Under the pieces are notes generated by a model, which was not told where the DNA came from, did no database searches, and saw only the letters and a list, made by a program, of their open reading frames with translations. The position numbers and the translations under genes are program-made. DNA of 60,000 nt from Lytechinus pictus (Eukaryota): the NCBI RefSeq assembly GCF_037042905.1, contig NC_087251.1, forward strand, positions 46,502,001-46,562,000. Direction: 5' to 3'. This document shows positions 25,919-39,014 of this stretch, in pieces (the first letter of the stretch is position 1; every line of letters starts with the position of its first letter).

Positions 25919-28900
25919 ATGTGCATCACGGGAATATCTATATATAACCCTTCATAATGCAATGTTATAAGGGGTTATAAGTAACATCACGAACATGCTA
26001 TTGAAATAAAAATGTAGGATTTAAATATAAAATCGAAAAACTTTTCAAATTCAACTCTTTGCGTTTACTCGCATTTCTCTATTTTATTACTAAACTTTAT
26101 ATGCCCTGTCGCCGAACCCTGCATGTGTCTTTCCACATTTTTTAAAATCGGATTAAAGTGACATTTTTAGATTGGTGACTTCATTTTTTGTACAAAATAC
26201 CATCTGGACGTCTCAGGATTCTGGAGTTTCTTGGGGCTTTGCTATCTATGCCTAGAGAAAGCGGAAATAGAGAGGAACGATAAGAAAGGATATAAGAAGA
26301 AGAAAAGTGAATGAAATAATAAAAGAGGAACGATTTGAAAACAGAAAAAGTAGAAATCATTATACAAAAAAAATCAATCGCGAATATACTTTTAAAAAAA
26401 TCAGCTTGCGTTTTACATTTACATGCGCTCTTATCATTATTCAGGAAAATATGCAGCAATATTCCAAAACAGTTTATACAATGTTTCGTATTAAGATCTT
26501 AATTTCAACAAATATCAGCTCGCTTGGCGTATAAACTTTATACTTACCATAAGACCGCATTTGATTAGAATGACCCGATTCAGCTCTTCATGTCAAAATA
26601 TTAATAATTTTCAACTCGTTCTTCGTGCTCCGCGCTCGCACCATTCTGTTGTATAATCAATGCAATTTAATAAGTTTGAATCTCGGGTTTTCAGTTATTT
26701 TTTTCCAAGCAATGTGCTTATAATGACAATCCTCGATCCTGCTAATTGTTAATATCATAATATGTTGGGTGTGGATCATTTGGTGTGTGTGGGTTGAATC
26801 ATATTTTTAATAAGTACACTCTATTATTCATGCCAAAATTTAAAACGATATTATATTTCTTTTGTTATGAAAATGCTAATACGCATTTACGAGAACAATA
26901 AATCAAATCGAATTGTTTAAGATGAACATACCCTGCGTGATTACCAAAAGTGAGTAGAATGACCCGTTTAAGATGTTCATGTTCATAAAAAAGTTCGCGC
27001 TCCTATATTTATTTTCAAGGCGAAATATAAGAATAAACATTACTTTGCGCGCTTCGCGCTCGCATCATTAATTTAGGCCATAGTAGGTCCATGATTGTAA
27101 GAATAAAGCTACGATGTACTTAAAAATTCAGACTTTAGTTGCATGGGACACCCCCCCCCCAAATGATAATAATTAAGCATTTATCAGCCGATGTGGAAGA
27201 AATGTGGATGGAAATATTTCTTACCCCCCCCCCCCCGAAGTACGTAAAAATATACATTCTGGCACTGGCGGCGGAAGATCATGCTTCAACACCGCCGGAA
27301 CACCGCCAATCCAGAATCTAATATTGTTATGCTTTCGCCGCCGGCCACAAAATAATGCAATTATTTTTATGTCCTTTTTATCCCCAGCATATACCTTTTT
27401 ATGCTGCACCAAATCTTTTTATATAATTATTATAAAAATGTTCGTTATACATTGGTTGTTGGGCTGTGCAGTTATGTGTTGGAGGGGGCCGGGGGGCAGC
27501 TTTACGTTGTGCAGGGGTGGATCCAGGTTTTTCTAAAGGGAGGAGGCACAATTCATGAGAAAATTTTGAAAAGAAAAAAAAAAAGAAAAAAAAAGTTTTT
27601 CATCTAAAAATTTACAATCTAAAGGTATTTCGCCAAAAATTTGTCAAGCAAAAGAAGAAGAAGAAAGGACCTCGCGTTCAAAGGAAGGGAGTGCATACGT
27701 GAGTAAAATATGGCAGATTTACTACACAAGTTTTGATTACTGCTCTCAAAAAGGTGCTCGGCCCATTAGAGAAACAGTCTTGAATAAATGAAATGTTATA
27801 ATCATGTGACTGCACAATTAAAAATGAATGTCCTGTATTATGTTCATTTTTCGAGCGATATGGGAAGGGTCTTACGTAATACCAAGTAATTTGCATACCC
27901 ACATAAACAACGAAACGTTCACGCATGGGATAAAGCCATCCTTCCCTCAGCTAGCCATGGTCCATGCCTCAGCTCACGACACACGCAGAGCTCGAGAGAC
28001 CACATGTTCTTATTCTATTCTCAAGTACATGTATGATGTTCTGGATCGCACATATTTTATTCTGGTGCTACACTTTCGCTTTATCTTCATGTAATATTAA
28101 AGTACATCGCCCCAAATTTGCCACGTTACTACCATCCCGGCGAGGAGTCAGTAAGTCTGCATTTTTCTTATCTTAGATGGTCTGTACATATATTTCGTTG
28201 CGCTATCAGAATCTGTTTTTCTTCTTTCATACTACTTTCTCTGCTTCGACTAGAACCGTCAAGGCACTATAGAAAAGAGCCAGCAGAGAACATGCGCTGC
28301 ATGTAATGTTTACAATTCTCAGTGCATGCCGGCCGGAGCGGCCTTGCCCCCATTCACTGTTGGTTGATTGACAGTTCTCGCTTGCGTGTCCGTTACGATC
28401 TCAACGCTGAGGGAGGCATACAATTTTATTTTCAAATCGGGATGTCACAGTGATTTGGGAAATCGTCTAGTAGACGAGTTCTAATATAATCACATTTTCC
28501 TACCTACTAACAACTTTTCATTCAAAATAAAGATGATTTCTAGGGTTTCTTAGAACAAGTACATAAACTCATAAACATAATTCATCTTAATTTGAGAATT
28601 TTTTAAATCAGCTTCTCACAATGTTAAACGATCCCTTTAAACAAGGAGGAGCAAACTAAATTGTCAAGACAATGACGAATGCCTAAGTATACATCATATC
28701 TGAAAAAAAATTTTGAACATCAATTTTTTATGTTGGCATTGCTGGCTTTCCATAGTTGTGGTTGATCGGATCAATCGCAACCCTTTGAAAGATATTGGAA
28801 TAAGTTTTGCTGGTGTGAATGTTTTTTTCCTCTGTTTCTCTCTCTCTTTCTGCTCCTCTGTCTCTCTCCCTCTTTCTCTTTTCCGCTGCCTGCCCCTCTC

Positions 28901-29486
28901 TCTCTCTCTCTCTCTCAGTCTATCTGTCTGTTTCTCTCTCTCTCGGCCATTCTTTCTTACTGTTCCTCTCTGTACAAGTTGTCTGACTCTCTTTCTCCCT
29001 CCACCCCTCCCCCCGCTCTAGATCCATCTTGTCATATCCTCAACTCTCAACAAAACTTGAGAGTATTAGCTCACAAACTATTACTTAGAGTTAACATCAA
29101 TTAGGTTAGAAGCAGATGACGTGACATGACAAACAGACAGCAAAGTCACAATGCTCCCAGGAACAGGGATATCGCCCGATTGCATTACACATCAAATACT
29201 TCCCATTGAAATTGAACATTAAAGGTAAAGGGAATCCAACATTCATAGAGGAGAACTTTTATGTCAAAACAGAACATACCAGTGACAAACAATGGTATAA
29301 GTTTGTTTGAAATACACATCCATCAACAACGATAAAAGAGCTGTGACTGTATAAATGGCTAGTTGTAAAATAAACCTTTTGATATAATTATTAACAATAA
29401 TGTAGAGAAATTAGCCTATATTTCTATTTCAGAAACTAAATGTTTTTGAAAGGAGCGGTACCTCTAATGCTATTTGGTAGCATAAT

Positions 29487-29764
29487 GAGGTGCTGTGGCT
29501 CAGTGGATAAGTCTCCGGACTTTGAACTATAAGGTCGGGGTTCAAAACCTACCGCTGCACTTGCATCCTTTGGCAAGGCGTTTATCTACATTTGCCACTC
29601 TCCACCCAGGTGTAGTAAATTAGTACCCGGTAGGAAAAAAATTCTTAAATGCTCTATGTGCCCGATCAGGGAAGCAGTGCTAAAGCCGGGGTAATAGTAT
29701 GCAGCGCTTAGAAACATTGTATTGAGCACTATATAAGTATTGCATATTATTATTATTATTATTA
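29487..29764 (+). mobile_element. tRNA-derived SINE with (TAT)n tail
   Basis: A box TGGCTCAGTGG, B-box-like GGTTCAAAACC, core CTCTCCACCCAGGTG...GTACCCGGTAGG, tail GCACTATATAAG...TATTATTATT. Confidence 0.85.
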
Positions 29765-30160
29765 ATTACTGCAGTATGAATGTCTTGAATAGTAAATTAT
29801 ACTGTTACCATTCAAGTGGGTCTATTTTACAAGACTACACTGCTCAGGCTGTTGCATTATGGGTAATTAACCTGACCAGTTGTGAGTAGTTGAGGACTTG
29901 AGATGGGGTTATTAAGACTGCTGGTCTGTGTGCCCTTTAACTGAATGGTTTTTTTGTAATTTCACTCTGTTGATTCATCTCAACTTTGACTTGGTCTCTA
30001 ACAACATGGCCGGATACAGAATGTTAATGACTTCACACTTGTGCATTGCAGGTAGACGTGTAATCTCCCTTCCGGCCATGTTCTAGAATCTGACTGAACA
30101 TTAATACCCCAGTCACACTTAATGAAACCAACCCTAGCCGGATCAAAGACATTGCATTAT

Positions 30161-30978
30161 GACACCGTTCTCATTCCAATTCTAAAACTAGTTCAGTGGA
30201 AACTGGTTCAGGAAGCCAGTTTGGTAGATCGCTTTGCTAGCATTCCCATTTGATCAACCAAAAGTGGTTTTCAAAACAAAATTCAAGCCCAGCTCACACT
30301 TCGTGATTCCTTGCGATCCGATTTTCGAAGAAATCATAATAACATTTGACATGAATATTCCAACCAATAAAATCTTATCAATCCGAGGTCAGAATAGTTG
30401 TAGAACTACTGAAATCAAAATTCAATGTAGTTCGAGCCTCAATGTAGGAATAAAAGCAAATTCAATTCCAAATTGTAATGACGATATCATCCGCTGCAAC
30501 TTGAAGCCGATTCGGACTTAACTCCGACAACAGGGCTTGCCGCAAAGCAAAATGATGATTTCATTATTCCTAACATTATGCCGAACTTCAAATAGAGTAA
30601 TTTTTCTTTTTGGAACTTTCATATTTAATGCAAAATGTGATTTATTAAAAAATAATGTCGTATCGGATCGCACAGTGTGAGACGGGCTTCAGGTAAAGTG
30701 ATCTTGTTGCTATGGGAACACTCTACTTGGGGTGACATGTTTCGCACGAAATTTGAAACCGCAGCGTAGACATTTTACATGCAGAGTGCGGAGTAGCGTG
30801 CGAAAATTGCTTCCTGAAGAACTGCTAAAACAATTTTAATGAGGCAAAGCGATCTTGAAAATTACATCATGAGGTGGTTTTCCGAACCAGTTTGAAGATC
30901 ACTTTCAAGACCGCTTCCAGAGTTCTCATTACACGTTAAACTAGTTTCCAGTTTTAGGATGGTAATGAGAAAGGGGTC
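30161..30978. mobile_element. Host MITE interrupted by 30286-30688
   Basis: GACACCGTTCTCATT..TAAAACT / AGTTTTAGGATGGTAATGAGAAAGGGGTC inverted ends. Confidence 0.6.
30286..30688. mobile_element. PIF/Harbinger-like MITE, same family as 8547-8931 in opposite orientation
   Basis: AGCCCAGCTCACACT / AGTGTGAGACGGGCT; TCA TSD. Confidence 0.8.
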
Positions 30979-31065
30979 TAACTACAATGGCTTACTACGG
31001 TTGGTTTGGAGTCGATTCCGTTGGTGTGAATGGTGCATGATACTGGGAATTTTAAAGGGACTCAC

Positions 31066-31149
31066 CTTAATTCTGGATAGACGTTTTCAAGGTACCATTT
31101 AAAAGGCTTGCAGTGAAGTTTTTCTCTAAGTTCTAACCTTGCCTGGATA
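31066..31149 (-). CDS. GALNT2: GALNT2 coding exon (84 nt): (N)[27 protein letters not shown](R)
   Basis: Acceptor catgacAG, donor TTAAG|GTGAGT; conserved [15 protein letters not shown]. Confidence 0.95.
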
Positions 31150-31614
31150 CTGTCATGGTAGCATTAAAAAAAAAAAAATGATTCAATACTACTGATAAAC
31201 AATGAAATGCATCATTTATCAATTGAGAGTAAATAATACAGTCCTCTTTTTCACATATACCCTTCTATTTTACCTTTGAACAGGCAATTATTCATACCCC
31301 AATAAGGGCATTATGATGCTATAAGTGCTTTTCATGTACTCATCTACTAAATGATTAAAATTAAAACATATATCACAGTAAAACATGTCTAGAGAGACTA
31401 CACAAGGGAGGCAAGAAAGAGGGTCTTATGAGCAGTTTACTTCTCAAAAAAGGTACTTAACAATTTTTAGAAACAAATTCAGGGCGATCTGCATCAAAGC
31501 TATTCCATGAAAAATTTTGTCAGTGAAAATCAATGACAAAACTTTTAATGAAACACTCCCTGATTTACAATCCCTATCAGTTCTTATACATGTAGGTCAT
31601 GACAGTGTTTCACA

Positions 31615-32198
31615 CCGGGGGGGGGGGGGGGGGGGGGGGCACTTACATTGACGAGTGGATACCATGCGCTTAAAAAAAAAACACGTAAAAAGGATGTCTT
31701 TTTCAAGATTGGGCACGTTACGTACGTAAAGTAATAAGGGTGTCATAAACACTAAAATAATTTTTAAAAGGGTATCTATTTCGCTAGGAAAGCTGCGTGT
31801 TTAGGGTCAAATTTGCGAGGGTATAAAATACTAAAATGTTTTATAAAGGATGTACTTTTTGCCCCAACAGTCAACACTAAGTGTATAGAGTACGATTTGC
31901 GCCCTTTGCGCGAGGTGGGGCCGTACTACACCCAATGATGTAGGTAAAGGTAAAACCGACGACCGACATCCGTGACATAATTAAAATATCACTGTACTTG
32001 TTTAGGGGTTCAATTCAGGAAATACTTGTCAAGAGTATCGTTTTGTTTCCAATACTTGTTAAGGGTAGGGTTTCACACGCCAATACTTGTTAAGGGGTGC
32101 ATTTTCAGAATATGGAAAATACTTGTTTAGGGTGTTTTTCGAGACCCCATGGTCGCGCATGGTATCCACTCGTCAATGGAAGTGCCCCCCCCCCCCGG
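31615..32198. mobile_element. Non-autonomous DNA transposon with poly-G/poly-C TIRs, nested in a MITE (31605-32410)
   Basis: CCG(G)nCACTTACATTGACGAGTGGATACCATGCGC / GCGCATGGTATCCACTCGTCAATGGAAGTG(C)nGG; exact 8-bp TSD GTTTCACA. Confidence 0.85.
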
Positions 32199-32444
32199 GT
32201 TTCACAAAGAGTTAAGGGTTACTTTAAGAGTCATGTTTAAACGCCAACTTGCACAGGGTATCTAGCACGTAACCTCATTGATGGCGATGCAATAGTGCGC
32301 TTCCTCTATGCATGATCTGACCAATGCAGTGCTTCATTTTACACCGCATGCACGTGGGAATGTAAGTCGAGTTATTAGTCAACTTAAACGTTTGTGAAAC
32401 ACCCCCCCCCCACGGAAATTTGAAGTAATCCCTGTTCTACTTAC

Positions 32445-32537
32445 TTTCCAAATGGAACATTTCTCGCAGAAGGCACTGCAGCATAATAAAATTCTCTAAA
32501 TTCATCCATCCAGACTTCAGCTGCTCTTCGTGTATTC
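32445..32537 (-). CDS. GALNT2: GALNT2 coding exon (93 nt): (R)[30 protein letters not shown](N)
   Basis: Acceptor tttttcAG, donor GGAAA|GTAAGT; conserved AEVWMDE. Confidence 0.95.
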
Positions 32538-32544
32538 CTGAAAA

Positions 32545-33010
32545 ACAATTTGAAAAATTGCAGAAGTGAGACAAGGTCCTTGAAATAATGATGCGTTATT
32601 CAGAATTAAAACACAGAATTATCGTAATCAAATTTTACACTGATTAGTGAAATCATTAAATCTTTTCTATATCATTAGAAATGGCTCACTTTGAATACAA
32701 TTTCCTCACATGTTTTTCCAAAATTCTATAAATGAGATAATTTTCTTGAAATAATGAGGCATTATCTAGAATTATCAACCTCACTCACATACAGTAGTAC
32801 ACTAAGCATAGAAATATTGAAACTGTTTAATTATCATTTTACATAGTTCACACTGAATAAAATATCTCTCACTTAAATTTTCAGAATTTTAAAAGTGAGA
32901 TAAATCCCACAAAATGATGGTGCACTATTTAGAATTCATGTACTGATAAATTTATACAAAAATTGTACACTGCTCAGTTGATCTTTAAATCACTTCTTTG
33001 TCATTAGAAA
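32545..33010. repeat. Three degenerate tandem units of about 165 bp adjacent to an exon acceptor
   Basis: Variants of AAGTGAGAYAA...AAATAATGA.GC.TTAT..AGAATT at about 32562, 32730 and 32891. Confidence 0.65.
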
Positions 33011-33411
33011 CATCATTGGCATCATCATACAACTGTATGTGTGGTTCAACTCCCCACTCCCCCCCCCCAAAAAAAAAATAGAATAAAATCTTTGATCAGA
33101 ATATTCTGGCATCACTTATTCACAATGCATGAAGTCTCTCTAATCTAGAAATAATTTTCCTGGTATCGCATTGCACTTTGCTCCACAAAATTTTTATAGA
33201 CTGCTACACAAAAAGTCTTTTGTTTTCAAAGAGGACTCACCCAAACTTGGTTGAAAGCTTTTCTATTATGACCCAAAAATGCTAATCAAATTTGGTATAA
33301 AGCAAAATCATTTCCATAACTTGCAATTTTCTTGCTCGGGCTTGGACGTTGCCAACATGGTCGAACGAGATAACCACAATAAACTTACATGTATGTCCTG
33401 AAGGCAGATTA

Positions 33412-33666
<255 letters not shown>

Positions 33667-34319
33667 TTATTGCTGTTGCATCACTTTGTTGACGAAAAGA
33701 ATAAGGGAAAATAAGAAATGGCAAATATAATGTGACAAGTGAAAAAGACAATGTAGAAAACTCTGGTTTAATACCATGTGAACAAAGCAAGAATGAGATA
33801 GAATAGAAAAGACCAGACTGTTTTAAAAGGCTGGGCATCAAATGAAAAAAGGAAACCCTAGAAAAACCTAGAAAGCATATTTATATTGAACGAGCATCAA
33901 AGTCATTGTGAAGATCCATATTGTTGAGAATAAATGATTATATGGGAATGGAATAGTGAGAGAGAAGTAATAGTATGAATAAAAGGTAGGAGCCTCAGGA
34001 ATGATAACAACTGAAGATTAAAAACAGGTGAAAGGGCAGATGTCAGTGCAGGTGATTATATCATGAGATTGGAGTACTGTCTGATGGAAGGTAATAAGGG
34101 GTAACAAATAAAATATATACACGATAAGATCATGTTGAATACATTCATTTGCAATTTGACATGAGTTGACGTCTTTGTCACACCGAATGACAAGGTACAT
34201 AACGCGTTTCTCATCTTTGCCTGCTTTGACAAATCATAATTTCAATGTCTAATCTTCCACCATCTTGACATCAAGAATGGAGAGAGGATATACCGATGGA
34301 GCAGGATGGAGAATAATAT

Positions 34320-34545
34320 AAAGTGAGGAGAAGAGGAAAAAGAAGGAGGAGGAAGATGAGAAGAAGATGTAAAAAAGAAGGAGAACAAGGAGGAGGAGGA
34401 GAGGAAGGAGAAGGAAAATGAGGAGAAGCAGAAAGAGAAGAAGGGGAAGGAGAAAAAGAGGAAAGAGAAGAAGGGGAAGGAGAAAAAGGGGAAAGAGAAG
34501 AAGGGAAGGAGGAGGAGAAAGAGGAGGAGGAGGAGAAGAAGAAAT
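34320..34545. repeat. Polypurine (GAA/GGA) low-complexity tract
   Basis: Direct inspection; includes 30-bp repeats AGAGAAGAAGGGGAAGGAGAAAAAG. Confidence 0.85.
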
Positions 34546-35794
34546 AATCATCTATATTGGAAGCAAACTGTGTACATCCAATACTCATCATAATATCAAC
34601 TGAAGCATTACACGGGCCATGCTCCGTCATGCCAGAGCATATCCCCCATTCTTCAATAATTTAGCAGCACTTTTAAAATAAAAAAAAAGGAGGGGGAAAA
34701 ACACCGGCAAGTCATGCAGTCCTCATCAATAAGATACTTACGCACGACTCGCTTCAATTTTCAAGCTACTGGATAACAGGGAAAAGTTTCGGCTCATGGT
34801 AACGGAAGGACTCCAGGGGGGATGGGTAATATGGTCTCAGTCAGGTTTGGTGCACTTTATGTACATTAAATATTAACCTAATCATTAGACCAACAAGGTA
34901 GCTGGCTGGAGGATAACTGTTTTTTTTTTTCTTTCGTTCTCAAAGCGAGACGACAGTTTTGTTACATACAGTATTACCCCCTCATCGCTTTTAGAAGCAA
35001 TTACTTGCAGTGAAATTAAGGAAAGTGTTTCCTCGTGTCAGTATGAGAGTCGGCTTAACCATCTTCAAATTGGTTTCTAAGAACTGATGCACATCAAATG
35101 AAACATTCAATTGACTAACGACATGAAATGGGATGTTTCCCACTACCAGGCAATACATAATGTCACCCGAAGGACAGAGGCGACAATTTTCCTAACATCA
35201 CAGTTTTTAAGAACAACCACACCTCCTTCCATCAATTTCGCTACATTCATGTATCATCAGAATTTTGGGACTAAATAAAAATAAAATATTATGTAAATCA
35301 AAGAAATTAAAAGCACAGATACCGAAAGGGCCATTTTCATTACTTTTATTCACTATTCTATATGTTTGAAACAATAACAGCTATCTTTCTTTTAGAAAAC
35401 ATCAATAAAGTTGAGTCAATTTCATATCTTGCGACCTTAGATCAACTAAAAATGTTCTAAATTTTTTTGAGAATTACCAATTCTTATGACAATCAGACAG
35501 TACATGATCTGTTGATTAAACAGAAATTTGTTAATTAAACAGGATTCAATACTGGCATCATAAATAAACTTGAAATTCTTCCTAAATAGAAGGATATGAT
35601 CACCCTGCGGGCACCTGAAGATTGCAGCTCAAATGAAAATGGGGCATAAGTGATCAAAGCAATGGTGTCGATCAGCAGCAAGTTCTATTCATTGGGGGGA
35701 GAGGGGATATTACGTAATAAAACAAAGCGCCATCCCCCCAATGAAAAGAAAGTGCGAGCGGATCTACGCCCATGGATCAAAGTGGTATGCTTAC

Positions 35795-35898
35795 CTAAAT
35801 TTTCTCCACCCCACACGTCCATCATTAAATCATACTGTCCTAGTTCTTCAAACCATCTCTTAGATATTGTGAACAGTCCACCTGCAATCATTGGTGTT
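35795..35898 (-). CDS. GALNT2: GALNT2 coding exon (104 nt): (R)[34 protein letters not shown](E)
   Basis: Acceptor tctcttttggtcAG, donor TTAG|GTAAGC; Gal/GalNAc-T motif DVWGGEN. Confidence 0.96.
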
Positions 35899-38269
35899 CT
35901 GACCAAAAGAGAGAGAGAGAAAAAATGAAGAAAATATATTTAAAATACAGTCGCATTATCTAATACAGGCACATTATCTACTCTAGACTCATTCAGATAA
36001 AAAGTGAAACAAAACTGCAACATTTTAGTGAAGAAGTGAATGTGCTATGTAGGGGATGTAAATAAAGAAAAATGCCTTCAAATCGGTGAGCATTTCATAG
36101 TTCAGCTGGATATAAGAGTTATTCAAAATCATAATAATCTTCTCGCATAACAATCCTATATGCATATTGTAGAAAATATCAAGTTGAGTACATATTTAAT
36201 TAAAAAATGAATAAAAACAAACTTGATAAGTACTTTTACTCTCTGAGACCCAATATAAAAATAATGATATAATCTTTTGTTATCTACTACGCTCACAAAC
36301 CATATTACACAGCATCAACAGAAAACTTTGAAATATATGAGCATAAAAGGGAAAGGAGAACAGAAAGATCGACTCTGTTAAAATGATTGATCTTTGAAAA
36401 AAAAAATCTACATTGCACATTCTATTACAGGGTATCAAGCCTGAGTCTAAACAAATGAATGTTTGTATCAATCTGTGAAGATATAGGCCTACACTGAGAA
36501 TATTCTGATTTCCTCAATTTAGCGAAGCAATCACATTGGGTAATGATTTGTCAAATGGTCAATGCCTCAATGTTTCCACATGGGTAAATATCAATTTGAC
36601 CCAAAACGATCACCCGTTTGCCATTTAATGACTCTCCTATCTTTTTCCTACAAATGACCAGTAGGCCAACACGGTATAGGCCTCAAATTGCATGGTGTTA
36701 CTTGTCGACATATTGGAAGAGGTGTAATTTCAATTTACTTTGACAAATGATATTTGTCGCTCATGTGCTTGTTTCATAAAGTGTTATTATGCACCTCTAT
36801 CCCATTCTGCCCCCTCTCTCTCCACAACTCCCCATTTCTCTCTCTATATCTCTTTCCATCCTTTATCCTTCCATTTCTATCTCCGTCTCTTACTCCAGTG
36901 TCTTGTTTTCCAACTCACACTGTTTATCCCCTTCCACCTCGCCTCGCAAACCAATCAATAATGCAAACAAATTTCTCTCTCGTCTTGTTTTTTAATTGGT
37001 TCCTTCTTGCTCGGTTGCTTAAGATGTTGAACAGGCAAATTAATTTGCTAGAATGCGTTACCCATATATACACCAACAGACCAATGCCAAATGGACATCG
37101 GCAATCGAGGAAGAAGTCTCCGATCGAAGATGAAAGATCAATCCTTAAAGAGAGCAAGCCATCCTGATATGAAAAGTATTGTTGAAGGTTTAGAAGGCCT
37201 TCGTGGGATGTCCTTTGGAAAGTTAAGTGTTTTTCACTTTTATCACAGAATTCTGGAATTTTGTATGAAGTATTAAATGTTTGCATAGGAACACTTAAAA
37301 CTAGCCATGATAGTGGTGCAAGTCCGGCCCTAGATCTGGCGCAACTTGAAAAAAGAATACCAAATTCATTAAAGAAACTCATAGTTTAAATCTTAAAAGA
37401 TTCAGATATTATGAATTTTCATTTAAACCTTGGGGGCAAAAAAGGCAGTGCATAACATTCCTTATTAGAAGAACAAATTTTCAAAAGCATTTCAAACTAT
37501 CTTTAAGCATCATTCAATTTCTTAAATAAGTATATTAAAGCTGTTCCTTTATTGAAGAAGCAGTCGTTTTCTATTATTAGGAAATTACCCCTTCTGTACA
37601 TGTAGATCTTCTGTTTTTACATAAACTAATATTAGAAGGACATGCCTCATTGCTGAATGTTCAAATCTGTGTGGGGATATTGTTGAAATTATTATTATTA
37701 TTATTTTGGGTCTTTTGTTGTCGTTTCTCAACCCTCCACTTGACTCTGTTTGGTGCATCCTCCTTCCTTATCCTCTGACCAGCTACCTCAAAATGAAAAA
37801 ATAAATTGTGCACTGATGCACATTTATACACCTATCAAACTGTACAGATTCATATCCTTTCCTATCTTTACTATCAGTATCATTTTACATTCCTGAGTCA
37901 TGTCTACGGATGAAACCAGCTTTGTCGGAAGGTGATTAAAGAAAAATATCATTTTAATAGATCGATAGTAAAAACGTGCAGCTGGTACTTAACTACCACA
38001 ATCATCAATCAGACTGATTTCACTCAAGAAACAGCTGCTTTCTGAAAACCTTAACGACGTTTGAACATCAGATAAAGTTCTCATGCTCTGATGTCATCAA
38101 TGAAGAACCCGAGACTAAAGGTATTGATCGAGGTTCGAGAGGTTAAAATTCTATTTCAACATGTTGTATTCGACAGTCAAATTGATTACAGTCCTCAATA
38201 CTAAAATATCTGCAGCAATACATTTTCTAACTTTCATTTTCACACCAAAATGCTTAGTACTGCACATCC

Positions 38270-38480
38270 ATATGCCATGGGTTTGAACCCTATCCTTAAG
38301 CAAGAAATTCATCAACATTGAGCTGCACTCGACCCAGGTGAGGTGAGTGGCTACCTGACTACCTGATTAAGTCCTTGAATGCACTGAGCGTTACATTTGA
38401 AGCGGCAGCTTGATCTAAAGTCGGGTAAAAGGTTGTGCTTTCTATCCTTAGGAAAAGAGTGCTATATAAATCCTACTGTT
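38270..38480 (+). mobile_element. Decayed tRNA-derived SINE
   Basis: GGGTTTGAACCC..AGCAAGAAATTCATCAACATT.GCTGCACTCGACCCAGGTGAGGTGA matches the SINE at 51810-52101; its tail runs into a microsatellite. Confidence 0.7.
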
Positions 38481-38752
38481 ATTATCACCATCATCATCAA
38501 CATCATCAATATTAATTTCATTATTTTAATATTACTATTATAATCATTATTATTATTATGATCATTATAATTATAATTATCATTATTATTATTATTGTTG
38601 GTATTATCATTATTGTAATTATTATCATTATTATTATTATAATTATTATCATTATCATTATCATTATTATTATCATTATCATTATTATCATTATCATTAT
38701 TATCATCATCATCATCAATATCATCATCAATATCATCATCATCATCATCATC
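38478..38752. repeat. (ATT/ATC)n microsatellite
   Basis: Direct inspection; explains the poly-I/M/N/D ORFs. Confidence 0.9.
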
Positions 38753-39014
38753 CTGATTAGAGTTTAGAACTAAACTTTTATTTAGTATCAGGTAAAACAC
38801 AATTTCACCTTGTCAAGAAAAACTAGAAAGCGAAGAGCATGCATGTTAGCCCATAGTTCACGACACCGGTCTCTGGAGTCCTGAGTAAGTGAACCCCTGG
38901 AACAAAAAAAATTGTGGGTAATTGAAAGCCCAATTTCCATGGGAACGAGTATGGATGACATAACTGATTGGACCGACAAGCACCATAGGTGCTTCGAGGA
39001 CATACATGTATGCA

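Larger units (their letters stand above)
18302..28636. mobile_element. 10.3-kb Kolobok/T2-like non-autonomous composite element containing nested repeats
   Basis: TTAA|AGGGATTGTTTCACTTTGTGAG ... CTCACAATGTTAAACGATCCCT|TTAA; right end homologous to the 377-bp element ending at 59662. Confidence 0.65.
18192..28795. mobile_element. Host MITE split into two halves (18192-18301 and 28637-28795)
   Basis: Left GTCTTACAAAGAGTCGTGATTGATCCAATCA is the inverted repeat of right TGATCGGATCAATCGCAACCCTTTGAAAGA; the halves join at a single TTAA. Confidence 0.65.

Noticed and set aside
21120..27070. CRISPR-like repeat-spacer appearance of the CGCGCTTCGCGCTCGC motif
   Set aside because: Eukaryotic intron, irregular spacing, degenerate repeats, mutually related spacers and no cas genes.
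34249..34630. Protamine-like RRRGRRKR ORF and L/P/S-rich ORFs
   Set aside because: Products of a polypurine simple repeat.
38462..38800. ORFs rich in D/N, M/I or poly-I
   Set aside because: Translations of an (ATT/ATC)n microsatellite.
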